From: Octopus sinensis | Lineage: Eukaryota | Direction: 5' to 3' | Length of the DNA stretch: 64,000 bases | NCBI RefSeq assembly: GCF_006345805.1 | Contig: NC_043005.1 | Coordinates: 46,252,001 to 46,316,000, forward strand | Position numbers and translations under genes: made by a program | Shown here: positions 23,832-36,118 of the stretch, piece by piece | Position numbering within the stretch: position 1 is the stretch's first letter | Layout: each line of letters opens with the position of its first letter | The notes under the pieces: model-generated | Seen by the model: the letters and a program-made list of their open reading frames with translations, nothing else | Database searches by the model: none | Told to the model about the DNA's origin: nothing

Positions 23832-24764
23832 GTAATATACAGGGATTGTACAAAGGTTGAACAAACATTGGACAGTGGTCCGCTAATATTTGAAAACAAT
23901 GGCGTTGTTCAGGTCTGTTAAATCTATCAATAAAATACAAGATAAGTAAAAATAAAAATAAAAATATTGAAGGAATGAATTGTCTAAGGGAGCTTACTTA
24001 ATGAGTGGGTGATGGATAGTACTTACGGTTATGGATATAGTATTTTTTGTGAATATACTTGAGATATATATCAAATTTACAAGTAATTATCTGAACGAGA
24101 AAAATAAAGGACGAAGCAATTAGCCGAAAGAGAAACACTTCTGAACTCTAGCGGAGGGAGGTAGCCAATTAGTACATTGACGTATTAAAATGCAGAGAGA
24201 AATTATGCACTAAAGTAAGATTTAGGAAATATTATTCCGTTATGGATAGATCTAAGTTATAATTTCAAATTTACTAATAATTATTCGTTCATTGATATAC
24301 TTATGTATTGATTTCTCCAAACAAGTTCACATTAACTTTGTCAATTCCTTTTATGTTGCTCTATTAAATAGCAGTTAGCCTCTAACTTTTGACCCCTGTG
24401 ATATGGACCATCCCATTAAACTCACTCCGCAATGTCTTACCCTCACTATTTCCCCCAGTAAAATTGAAATACGATGTAACTCTCATAACCTGTGGAAATT
24501 ACTCCTGGAAATGACTTTCTTTACCATAAAATATTTCTTTACCATCAGGCTTATGGATATCACCTTGGAATTGACGCTTTCACCATTCCTTACTATTTCT
24601 ATTATACAGTTCTATATTTAAGAGATAAGGAATTATGTACAGCCACGGGCATATGGCTTAGTGGTTAAGAGCGCGGGCTACTAACTCTAAGATTCCGAGT
24701 TCGATTCCAAGCAGTGACTTGAATAATAATAATAATGATGATGATGATGATGATGATAATAATA

Positions 24765-24817
<53 letters not shown>

Positions 24818-25058
24818 TCGAAAAATACCTTAGGAATGAGAATCCAGGTTCGAAATTTCCCCAAGACACCTGATGAAGGCTGGAGGGTATATCAGCCGAA
24901 CCATTGTGCTAACGACAAACAAAATGAGGACAAATATCCGTCAAATGTAAATAATGTATTTCTATTACGTTATTATTTTATCATTTTACCTTACTCCTTC
25001 ACATTGCCCAACCCCTGCCCAATGTTTGTTCAACCTTTGTACAATCCCTGTATATTAC
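23832..25058. mobile_element. Non-autonomous TIR DNA transposon (~40-bp perfect TIRs) inserted into the mariner ORF
   Basis: GTAATATACAGGGATTGTACAAAGGTTGAACAAACATTGG at 23832 and its reverse complement ending at 25058. TA (or CTAG) duplicated; removal restores TGC TAG CGT in the mariner frame. Confidence 0.9.
24605..24956 (+). mobile_element. TSD-bounded retroelement: 37-nt leader + tRNA-like Pol III head + (TAA/TGA)n + hammerhead-like motif
   Basis: 11-bp TSD TATTTCTATTA (24594-24604, 24957-24967). A-box TGGCTTAGTGG at 24654, B-box GAGTTCGATTCC at 24697. CAC-CTGATGA-A-GGCTG..CAGCC-GAAC-CA-TT-GTG at 24867-24908. Confidence 0.8.
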
Positions 25059-25225
25059 TAGCGTGATATGGAAAACTTGGCAGATTGGGCAACCCTATAG
25101 TAGAAACAGCTGTAGAGTTTAGTATTTGTTCACTCATTTATTATGATTCATTTATTTTTATTTATCTATTAACTTACTTGTTTATTTGCTTATTTCATTT
25201 GTTTATTTTGTTTATTTATACATAT

Positions 25226-25386
25226 AGGCGTAGGAGTGGCTGTGTGATAAGTAGCTTGCTTACGAACCATATAGTACCGGGTTCAGTCCCACTGCGTGGC
25301 ACCTAGGGCAAGTGTCTTCTACTATAGCCTCGGGCCGACCAAGCCTTGTGAGTGGATTTGGTAGATGGAAACTGAAAGCTCGCCGT

Positions 25387-25448
<62 letters not shown>

Positions 25449-25542
25449 TATTATATATATTATATATATATATATATATACAATTAAGGGCTCCTAAATT
25501 AGAATGCCGAGTGCTAACAAATATTACTACCCTTCTTGTTTA

Positions 25543-25599
<57 letters not shown>

Positions 25600-25828
25600 C
25601 ATACATATGTATGTGTGTGTATATGTTTATGTGTCTGTGTTTGTCCCCCAACATCGCTTGACAACCGATGCTGGTGTGTTTACGTCCCCATAACTTAGCG
25701 GTTTGGCAAAAGAGACCGATCGAATAAGTACTAGGCATCCAAAGAATAAGTCCTGGAGTCGATTTGCTCGACTAAATGCGGTGCCCCAGCATGGCCACAG
25801 TCAAATGACTGAAACAAGTAAAAGAATA
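25226..25828 (+). mobile_element. SINE family A with expanded internal microsatellite containing a 60-bp insert
   Basis: Full head to TAAAAGA tail; non-repetitive 25481-25540 lies inside the (TA)n. Confidence 0.88.
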
Positions 25829-25937
25829 TGATTGTAATCAATTAATAAATTAGATATAAATGAATGTTTACAGGCTGATGTTTGTCGATTGATTATCCTC
25901 TCCATTTTCTTATTTGTCTCATATATATATATATATA

Positions 25938-26188
25938 TGTCTTGAGCAAGACACTTTATTTCACGTTGCTCCAGTTCACTCAGCTGTAGAAATGAGTTGC
26001 GACGTCACAGGTGCCAAGCTGTATCGGCCGTTGCCTTTCCCTTGGATAACACTGGTGGCGTGGAGAGGGGAGGCCGGTATGCATGGGCGACTGCTGGTCT
26101 TCCATAAACCACCTTGCCCAGACTTGTGACTAGGAGGGTAACTTTCTAGGTGCAATCCCATGGTCAGTGTTGTGACCGAAGGGGGTCA
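25938..26188 (+). mobile_element. Headless family C SINE with a distinct tail
   Basis: CTTGAGCAAGACACTTTATTTCACGTTGCTCCAG matches 11358-11391, then the sequence diverges. Confidence 0.75.
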
Positions 26189-26201
26189 ACAATATATATA
26201 T

Positions 26202-26304
26202 ATATTAATAGTTATCGCCATACCAATATGGCAGTCTAAATATAAGACTAAAGCTTAGTCTTATATTTAGACTGCCATATTAGTATGGTGATAACTATTA
26301 ATAT
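26202..26304. repeat. Near-perfect palindrome, 50-bp arms, 3-nt loop
   Basis: 26202-26251 vs 26255-26304, two mismatches. Confidence 0.95.
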
Positions 26305-26360
26305 CCAGTAACGCTGCCGTAATCTCCTTTAGAGAGACTTAGTAATTTTAATATTTCTAT

Positions 26361-26391
<31 letters not shown>

Positions 26392-26478
26392 TACACACAT
26401 ACACACACACCACACACACACACACACACACAACACACACACACACACACACACACAACACACACACACACACACACC

Positions 26479-26519
<41 letters not shown>

Positions 26520-26992
26520 TACTGCTCCGTTCTAAGTAGTAAAAAAACAGTACTCTATCCAGTGAAGGATAAACATCAGTAAATGGACACAATTTATAAG
26601 AGGGCTACTAATAATTACATGTTTTTGAGATACACTAATTTGCCATGTAGCTCCGAGCAATCTTTCATGTTTAGTGCATATCGTTAGATACATTTAGAAA
26701 GCAGGACGTTGTTCTATGAGAAAATATGAGAAAAAATGGAAATGAAAAACTCGAAGGTTAATGAAAATTTGGCACAAAAAAAGAAAAGTAAGAAAACCAA
26801 GATCTTCGCCCCCTTGTCTCAAAATCTTGAAACTGTTAGCTGTTTTGTAAACTATGTAAGTTAAATTAAATATATGTGTGTGTGTATGTATATGTAAATA
26901 TATGTACATATATATACATATACATATGTACATATACATATGTACATATACATATATTCATATATACGTATATGTATATAAATACACACACG

Positions 26993-27040
<48 letters not shown>

Positions 27041-27150
27041 ACACACACAGTTAATCCAAACATGAAAATACAAAGAGAAAACACAACAACGCGAGGACGG
27101 AACAAATATAGTGTTATTGGACGCTCAGGAAAGGAAAGAAAGAAGGAGGA

Positions 27151-27183
27151 TTTAACGTTTCGAGCGGAGCTCTTCCTCAGAAA
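27151..27183 (-). ncRNA. Minimal hammerhead-like motif in a short insert (27050-27240) between (CA)n and (GA)n
   Basis: Minus strand reads TTT-CTGAGGA-A-GAGC-TCC-GCTC-GAAA-CG-TT-AAA; related to 43425-43460. Confidence 0.6.
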
Positions 27184-27257
27184 CATAGAAAAAGTAAAGT
27201 TCCAAGGAAGGGAAGACAGAGAAAGAAAATCGCCAACGATACACATACGCGCGCGCG

Positions 27258-27344
<87 letters not shown>

Positions 27345-28381
27345 AAAGTGTACGTACGCCGCTATATTTTATATACAAAATATACTAAATTGGGAAAGAA
27401 AGCAAAACATCCAGACTGGTGATACAAAAATAGGACAACAAAACATCCAGACAGACGCTACAAAGAAACCAAAGACAAGTCATTCAGAGTTTTCTATACT
27501 CTGTCGAGTTCCATGTTATCTTTGCAATTTCGGCTCGTTATACTCGAGATTCCTCGAATGTGGACCGCCCACAGGAAAAACTAAGGTAAGTGCATTAGAT
27601 TCCTTGGAAGAAAGCAGCGAATGTATACGAAAACAAACGAAAAAAAACGGAGAAATGTTACACAAATACAAATATAATTAATAGGACATAACAACAGGTG
27701 TCTTTCGACTAAGGACGAATTAAATTAAGTTGGCGTGTGTGGAAGTAAAACCTTACGGCAACGACATAAGATTTGACAGGCACAAGGAGGAATATAGATG
27801 TTGCACGGATGGTAGTCGAACCAAAAAAGAAAGGCCAGGCTTGGCCGAACACTGGTCACGTGGGGGAGAGCAAAGAGTGAGGTAGAGGACAGAGGGATAG
27901 AAGAGTTAAGGAGCGGCGAGAAAAATATGAAAGAGACACAGATCGTTCATTCCACTCTTCGTTCTTTCGTTCTCCCTCTCTCACATTTCCTGGCCTTCTC
28001 TTCATGCTCACTTTCCCTCCTCTTTCACTTCACTGTGTCTCACACATCTTTTTACCGCCAAGTTGAGAGCAGATTCCGAAACTATTTCTCTGAGACCACC
28101 AGAGGCAAGAACTCATAAGAATCAATCAATCAATACATCTACACTCTTTTACGTGTGTCTGAGAAAATATTTTCGTCTTTTTATTTTCATTCTTTCGTTT
28201 CACCTTTAGTTTTTCCTTTTCATCTTTTCTTTCTTCCATTTTTTTTTATTATTATACTTTCATTTATTTTGTCTTAACACTTTCCTATTTCTCATTGTTT
28301 TCTCCTACCTCACTGTTTATACTTGTCAGTGCCATCGTCAATACTACCACTTCCCACAACCTCCGTTAACATCACCACCCT

Positions 28382-28443
<62 letters not shown>

Positions 28444-28797
28444 TGACGTCGTCGTCATCATCATCGTCATCACAATCATCATCATCGTCGTTGTCGCCGT
28501 CCTCCTCATCGTCGTCGTCTACACACTTTTATATTATAGCGTTTTGTCGAGTGCCAAGCAAAATGTATTGTAGGATTTGTTTACTTCATGTACAGAAGAA
28601 GTTCGAATCCTATCGCGGTTGACTTAAGTGATTCAACCATTAGGGTGGGTGGGCGCTGATTTCATACGATAAGCACAGAGTCTAATCCATGCTAATCTCC
28701 TCTCAAACTTGTGGACTTGAGTTTATTTTAGAAATCCTCCTCCTCCTCCTCCTCCTCCTCCTCCTCCTCATCATCATCATCATCATCATCATCATCA

Positions 28798-28832
<35 letters not shown>

Positions 28833-28841
28833 CCATCAACG

Positions 28842-29067
28842 TAAGGTGATGCGCTGGCAGAATCGTCAGTACATCGGACAAAAGGATTAGCGGCATTTTG
28901 TCCGTCTTTACGTGCTGAGTTCAAATTCCACCGTGGTTGACTTTGCCTTTCATTCTCCCGGGGCTGGTGGTGCGGTGGATGAATTAAGTACCTCTGAGTA
29001 TTGGGATCGGTGTAATCGACTAACCCGTTCCCACAAAATTTCAGGTCTTTTGTCTATAGTAGAACAG

Positions 29068-29127
<60 letters not shown>

Positions 29128-29361
29128 TTATTTTTATCATTGTTATTAAGGCGGTGACCTGGCAGAATCGTCAGCATGCTGGGCAACATGCTTAGCGGTA
29201 TTTCGCCCGTAGCTACGTTCTGAGTTCAAATTACACCAAGGTCAACTTTACCTTTCATCCTTTCGGGGTCAATAAATTAAGTACCAATGGAACATTGAGG
29301 TCGATTTAATCGACTAGTCCCCTTCACGCAAATTTCAGGCCTTGTGCCTTTAACAGAAAGG

Positions 29362-29362
<1 letters not shown>
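28842..29362 (+). mobile_element. Two SINE family B copies, each ending in (ATT)n
   Basis: Heads AAGG.G..G..CTGGCAGAATCGT at 28843 and 29148; B-box GAGTTCAAATT. Confidence 0.85.
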
Positions 29363-29414
<52 letters not shown>

Positions 29415-30154
29415 CATCATCATCATCATATAAAGAATACTCTTTATTACAAGGAAAGATAGCGGATGTAACAGAGTGTGCTGGGAAAAGACGATAAGTA
29501 GCAAATGAAATAACGAGGGTAGGAATTCAAACTTTGTTTCTTGTGTGTGTATGTGCGTGTGCGTGTGTTAGAAACACAGGGAGAGAGACAGAGAGAGAGA
29601 GAGAGGGAGAGAGAGAGAAGATGAAAAACGAGAGGAAAAAATGAGTAGGAAAGTGAGAGAGACAGAACCATAAGGCTATAGAAATAAGAAAGCTAATAGA
29701 AGCAAAGGTGTCAAAGTAAAGCTGGAGAAAGAGAGAGGGAGGATTCCTGGCCTTCTGCTAACATTTGAAACAATTATAAGCGGCATTTCACTCGTCCATA
29801 CACTCTGAGTTCAAATCCGCCGGGGTCGATAAAATAAGTATAAGTAGATCGAAGGTCTCCTTGGAAAATGCCCTTCGTATTTTCACATTACCTCGCGACT
29901 CATTTGCACATATCAGTTCTAGTCTCCGTTCTCTCATTGCTTACTCCAAAAAGTTGACTCCGAGCGTTCTCAGACATTCCAAGAGCCAGCTGTGTGGGAC
30001 ATAGTCGTAGGCTTTCCTGTAACCTATCCATCCAACAGCAAAATTCTTCCTCCCTATTGTGCTGTCTATATATAGCAGATCAGCAGTTCTTCATGACTTC
30101 TTCCTATAGTTTTTTTTTTTGCTCTTCTGCCATTTTTATTGTTGTTGTAGTTGC

Positions 30155-30470
30155 TCTTCTTCTTCTTCTTCTTCTGCATCTTCTTCTGCTTCTTCTTCTG
30201 CTTCTTCTTCTTCTTCTTCTTCTTCTTCTCTTCTTCTTCTTCTTCTTCTTCTTCTTCTTGCTTCTGCTTCTTCTCTCTTCTTCTTCTCTTCTTCTTCTTC
30301 TTTCTGTCTTCTTTCTTCTTCTCTTCTTTCTTCTTTTCTTCATTCTTCTCTCTTCTTCTCTCGCCATCATCATCATCACGCCGCCGCCGCCTCACCACCA
30401 CCACCACCACCACCATCATCATCATTATTAATTACATCATTCATTATTATATTATATTATTATTATTCCT
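30155..30470. repeat. (CTT)n polypyrimidine tract grading into (CAT)n/(CCA)n/(ATT)n
   Basis: Direct reading. Confidence 0.9.
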
Positions 30471-30894
30471 GATGCCTTTCAGCAATTATCTGCTAATAAA
30501 TTACATTTAGAATAATATTTAGCTGTCAAGTAAGTATCGATAACCAGTGCAAACATTTTTAAATCGAGGTGTGCGCATTGTCTCTTTCACTCGCTCTTGC
30601 TCTCTCTCTTTCTCTCACCCTCTCTTTCACCCCCTATCTCACCCCTCTCTCTCTCTTGCCATCCACCCTCCAATCTCTCCACAATTTGGCGTTTTGTTTG
30701 CTTCAGTGTATTCCAGTTGACAGCTAAATGCTTTTGCAGGAGTTTTCTAAGTGTCTAACCAATCCCGCAGTAGTTGGAAGTGCAGCCTTTCCAGAATTGC
30801 TGAACCCGAGAAGTAATGTTCTTTTATTTTAGGCGACTTTCTTCACAATATATATATATATTGCATTTTCCATCTACTTTATTTATCTCTTCGT

Positions 30895-31333
30895 GTGTCT
30901 TTTACTTGCTTCATTCATTAGACTGCGCCCGTGCTGGAGCACCGCCTTGAATAATTTATAATCAAATGAATTGACTTCAGTACTTATTTTTTTTCAAAAG
31001 CCTGGAACTAATTCTATCAGTGTCTTTGGACGAACCACTAGATGGCGGGGACGTCAACACATCAATGCATTGTCAAGTGGTGGTGGGGCACACACACACA
31101 CACACACCACACACACACATACAAACACACACACACACACGCACATACACACACACACATATACACACACAAACACATATACGACGGGCTTCTCTCAGTT
31201 TACGTCGACCAAATCTACTCATAAAGCTTTGGTCAGCCTGCGGCTATATTCGAATACACTTCCCCAAGGTGCCACGCAGTGAGAATGAACCCGGAACCAT
31301 TTCGTTGGGAAGCAAACTTTTCACCACACAGCC
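30895..31333 (-). mobile_element. SINE family A
   Basis: Reverse complement of the family A pattern seen at 31782-32197. Confidence 0.85.
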
Positions 31334-31482
31334 CCATCAATATCATACTTTGTAAATATTAGCATTTTTATGTATTTTATTTTGTGATTCAATTATTGCT
31401 CATTTCATTGCATTCTTCATTCTATCATCCACTCTTGATATTTTTAGTCTTTCACCTGTATACGTCTGCCTGTCTGTCCTCT

Positions 31483-31566
<84 letters not shown>

Positions 31567-31781
31567 ACTATCTATCTATCTACCTGTTTGTATGTCTTAG
31601 TCTCCCTTGGTCTACCCTCTCTCTGCCCTCTCTTTCTTTCTTTCTTTCTTTCTTTCTTACTTTCTTTATTTCCTTGTATCTATTATTTGTTATAAATTTT
31701 AGTCATACATTGTAACACGAATACGTTCTCAATACATTAATATATAAATCGAGTCAATATATATTTTATTAACGCGATTAT

Positions 31782-32197
31782 AGGCGCAGGATTGGCTGTG
31801 TGGTAAGTAGCTTGCTAACCAACCACATGGTTGCGGGTTCAGTCCCACTGCGTGGCATCTTGGGCAAGTGTCTTCTGCTATAGCCCCGGGCCGCCCAATG
31901 CCTTGTGAGTGGATTTGGTAGACGGAAACTGAAAGAAGCCTGTCGTATATATGTATATATATATATGTGTGTGTGTGTTTGTGTGTCTGTGTTTGTCCCC
32001 CTAGCATTGCTTGACAACCGATGCTGGTGTGTCTACGCCCCTGCCACTTAGCGGTTCGGCAAAAGAGACCGATAGAATAAGTACTGGGCTTACAAAGAAT
32101 AAGTTCCGGTGTCGATTTGATAGACTAAAGGCGGTGCTCCAGCATGGCCGCAGTCAAATGACTGAAACAAGTAAAAGAGTAAAAGAGTAAAGAGTAT
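31782..32197 (+). mobile_element. SINE family A, best-preserved copy
   Basis: A-box TGGCTGTGTGG, B-box GGTTCAGTCCC, CORE-like CTTGGGCAAGTGTCTT, internal TA/TG microsatellite and (GTAAAAGA)n tail. Confidence 0.92.
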
Positions 32198-32249
32198 ACC
32201 TACCAACAAATCAGTTATATGAAATACATGTCCAGGTTTTCTCAAACAA

Positions 32250-32610
32250 AGCCACCGAGCTGGCAGAATCGTTACTGTGCCTGACAAAATGCTTAGCAGG
32301 ATTTCGTCCATCTTCCCGTACTGTGTTCAAATTCTGCTGAAGTCGGCCTTGCCTTTCATCCTTTTTGGGTTAATAAAGTAAATAAATACCAGTTGTGCAC
32401 TGGGGTCGAATTTGTTGGCGATGTGTCAAAATCTTGAAGCCAGTCTCCCCTCAAACGTCAGCGGTATGGTGGCCGAATCGTTAGCACGCCTGGCAAATTG
32501 CTTAGCGGCAACTCGTCCGTCGTTACGTTCTGAATTAAAATCCCACGGAGGTCGACTTTGCCTTTTATCCTTTCGCGATTGATACAGTAAGTACTAGATG
32601 AACCCTAAGA
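32250..32610 (+). mobile_element. Two diverged SINE family B copies
   Basis: GAGCTGGCAGAATCGTT at 32257 and GGCCGAATCGTTAGCACGCC at 32471, each followed by TTGCCTTT..TCCTTT. Confidence 0.75.
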
Positions 32611-32864
32611 CGACTATATTGTTTCACTATTTTGCCTTAGCATGACACCCAGAATGCTAATTAAAAGACCGAAAGAAATTGGAATTGAAACTTGCGCTGT
32701 CGACCTGCAGATAAGTACCATTCTATATTCTGCGAGAATCCAAAGAAACATTCATGATATTTGAGGATAACTTGTCATTAAACCTCAAGATAAAATACTT
32801 GTTGACGATATTAGCATGCAATACCAACATAATAATAATAATAATAATAATAATTATAATAATA

Positions 32865-32899
<35 letters not shown>

Positions 32900-32983
32900 A
32901 ATAATAACAACAACAACAACAATAATAATAATATTAATAATGATAATAATAATAATAATAATATAATAATAATAATAATAATA

Positions 32984-33679
32984 TTAATGCCCTGATGCAG
33001 TACCAGGCAGTGGCTCTCATGGCTTCTGATCTTAACTGATTGGAAGTGTTATCATGTACATTGTTTTGTCTTGGTATAAAAGATGGGCTACAGCAAATAT
33101 TCTGCTCAATACCACAGATTTGTTTAATGCCCTGATGCAGTACCCAAGGTGGCTCTCATGGCTTCTGATCTTAACTGATTGGAAGTGTTATCATGTACAT
33201 TGTTTTGTCTTGGTATAAAAGATGGGCTACAGCAAATTTCTGCTCAATACCACAGATTTGCTTGTCAGTTGTTGAGCTTAACCAGTTGAGCATGTCCCTT
33301 AGTGGCTGACGATGTGTGCATCTCTGATCACGAGCAGAAGTAGTGGGGGAGCATCATAGCCATGTGTTGAGAGGGATTCTTTGGGGTTTGAATAATTCAC
33401 CTCTGGAAACATGGGTGGTTCTTTCAACATCCTTAAACAACCCTTATTCAGGGACCATTTGAGCGGGATGGGCTACTCAACCTGAAGAAAATTCTAACTG
33501 GGCCCCACCTGCAAGGTCATGTGCTGTTTATCTTGATATGAGATCACCATGTCGCACACATATGGTTGTGATGCATGTGCCTGGTGTGCCCTTATCAGAC
33601 GGGTAGTCATGATGGGTATATTGGGCTTCGTATATTTTACCCCAGTGTCACTTTGATGGCATGAACTGCTCTCTCACTC
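32984..33679 (+). mobile_element. ~700-bp interspersed element inserted in (TAA)n with a ~139-bp 5' direct duplication; partial second copy at ~36975-37143
   Basis: 32984-33122 is repeated at 33124-33260, with (TAA)n on both sides. GCCATGTGTTGAGAGGGATTCTTTGGGGTTTGAATAA is shared with 37107-37143. Confidence 0.75.
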
Positions 33680-33690
33680 AATAATAATGT

Positions 33691-33727
<37 letters not shown>

Positions 33728-33956
33728 AATAATAATAATAGTAATAATAATAATAATGATAATAATAATAATAATAATCCTTTCTCTTATAGGCACAAGG
33801 TCTGAAATTTCTAGTAAAGTCTAGTTCGGTGGAATTTCAACTCAGCACGTAAAGACGGACGAAATGCTGCTAAGCATATTGTTCAGCGTGCTTACGATTC
33901 TGCCAGCTCACCACCTTAATAATAATAACAGTAAGGATAATAATAATAATAATATT

Positions 33957-34018
<62 letters not shown>

Positions 34019-34052
34019 CAATAATAATAATAATGACAATGATAATAATAAT

Positions 34053-34098
<46 letters not shown>

Positions 34099-34481
34099 GT
34101 AATAATAATAATAATAATTCTTTTCTTTTTTTACTCTTTTATTTGTTTCAGTCATTTGACTGCGGCCATGCTGGAATACCGCCTTTAGTCGAGAAAATTG
34201 ACCCTAGGACTTATTCTATGTAAGTCTAGTACTTATTCCATCGGTCTCTTTTGCCGAACCGTTCGGTTACGGGAATAATAATAACAATGATAATAATGAC
34301 AATGATGATAATCATCATCATCACCATCCTCATTATCACCACCACCACCACTACCACAATATCATCATCATCATCATCATCATCATCACATCATCATCAT
34401 CATCATCGTCATCATCATCTTCATCACAAATGACCACATATGTGGATTGCATTCAGTGCCGAAAGCTAAGGGAAAAGTTTA

Positions 34482-34840
34482 CGACAACTAAGCCTAACGG
34501 AGTCAGCCAAATCAATTGGAAGCTATTATTCTGGTGAAAGACTTTTTACCCAAAGGCGTTTGTTGTTTTAATGTCGACCGACAATTTCAGCGAACAGTGT
34601 CAACAAAATGGTTATTTAAAAAGCCTTTTCTTTTTGCCTTTTGCCCGGCAAAAAGCAGCAGACACTGACACAAAGTGTGTTGTCTGCTAAATAGACAGAG
34701 CTAGTAAATTGTAAGGAAATCAATCACAGTAACACCATCATAAACACATTTTTTACAGACAAAATGCCTCCTAACCCTAAACGTAAAATCAGCCTATTAT
34801 TCATAGCTTTATTTTTTTACGTCGTTATCATGAAGATGTG
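34482..34840 (-). other. Inverted paralogue of the non-coding block at 17160-17507
   Basis: See 17160-17507. Confidence 0.85.
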
Positions 34841-34879
34841 AGAATATATGTATCCTTCTCTGTGAGTGTGCATGTGTAC

Positions 34880-34986
<107 letters not shown>

Positions 34987-35267
34987 CCTGTGTGTGTGTG
35001 CGTGTATGTACACGTGCACACAAATACATACTTGCGTAAGCATATATATATATGTATATATATATACATACACATGCAGATATACATGTATACGTACACA
35101 TGTATATATAAATATATATTTTGTACACTTCAAACATTATAATATAAATTAGATACGACTCAGTTACATAAATCGACCTATACATATGTAAGTATACATA
35201 TATTTGTATGTATGGATGTATGTAAGAATATATGTATGTGTGTGTGTGAAGAAATACAAATACAGAA

Positions 35268-35309
<42 letters not shown>

Positions 35310-35315
35310 TATATA

Positions 35316-35673
35316 CTAGCAGTATCGCCGGCGTTGCTCAGGTTTGTAAGGAAATAACTATAAAGCATTTTTAGAGAGTTATAGCCAAAAAATAGCAAAA
35401 AAATGATGGTAAATTTTCTTTGAGAGTGAAGAAAGGTGGAGTTTTGCGTCCCCAGACAGTTCGCGCCGTTTGTGTTTCTGATTCTCGACCCCATGTCGAA
35501 TTTATCGATTTCTTTCGGACTGGGGAACTTTTCAAAATTTTCGCTACGTTAGTTTTTGAATTATGACATTGGGCTATGTGTGTGTCAAGTTTCATCAGAA
35601 TCGGTTGAAAGCCGTGGTCAGGGTGAGGGTACAAGCAAACAGACAACACAGAAACACGCACAGACAAACTGCC

Positions 35674-35690
<17 letters not shown>
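35316..35690 (-). mobile_element. Short non-autonomous Helitron in (TA)n
   Basis: Minus-strand 3' end has a GC-rich hairpin followed by GATACTGCTAG-T; its first ~90 bp are nearly identical to 57164 onward. Confidence 0.8.
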
Positions 35691-35713
<23 letters not shown>

Positions 35714-35866
35714 ATCTAATATATATATATATATATACATATATTATATATGTGCATATAGGCACATACATGCATTCATATATATACACATATAAGCATG
35801 TACATTTGTCCGAGTATATGCATATATATATATATAAATTAAATATATATATTATATATATATATG

Positions 35867-35914
<48 letters not shown>

Positions 35915-36082
35915 GCGTATGTCTGTGTCTGGAAGCGAGCATAATTGCTATGCGTATTATGTATCAATATTCATATATGCATATATCTGTATAATGATGT
36001 ATATGTATACACTAGCAGTGAAAATACAATGAACAGAGTTTGATAAATAATGTATAAGCTTAATGCATTAATGAGGAAAAAA

Positions 36083-36118
36083 CTGTAATGTTTTGGACTT
36101 TAGCCCTTCATCAGAAAA
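36083..36118 (-). ncRNA. Decayed hammerhead-like motif
   Basis: Minus strand reads CTGATGA-A-GGGC-TAAA-GTCC-AAAA-CA-TT. GAAA and CG have been lost in a pattern consistent with CpG decay. Confidence 0.4.

Larger units (their letters stand above)
22730..25097 (+). mobile_element. Second mariner element, interrupted by a 1.2-kb TIR element and deleted near its 3' end
   Basis: TA-TTGGGTTGCAACTAA at 22728, and right-end remnant GCAACCCTA-TA at 25089-25099. Coding sequence resumes (RDMENLA) at 25062, after the insert. Confidence 0.8.

Noticed and set aside
30517-30729. 13-bp inverted repeat ATTTAGCTGTCAA 200 bp apart
   Set aside because: No TSD or second copy; plausible by chance in AT-rich DNA.
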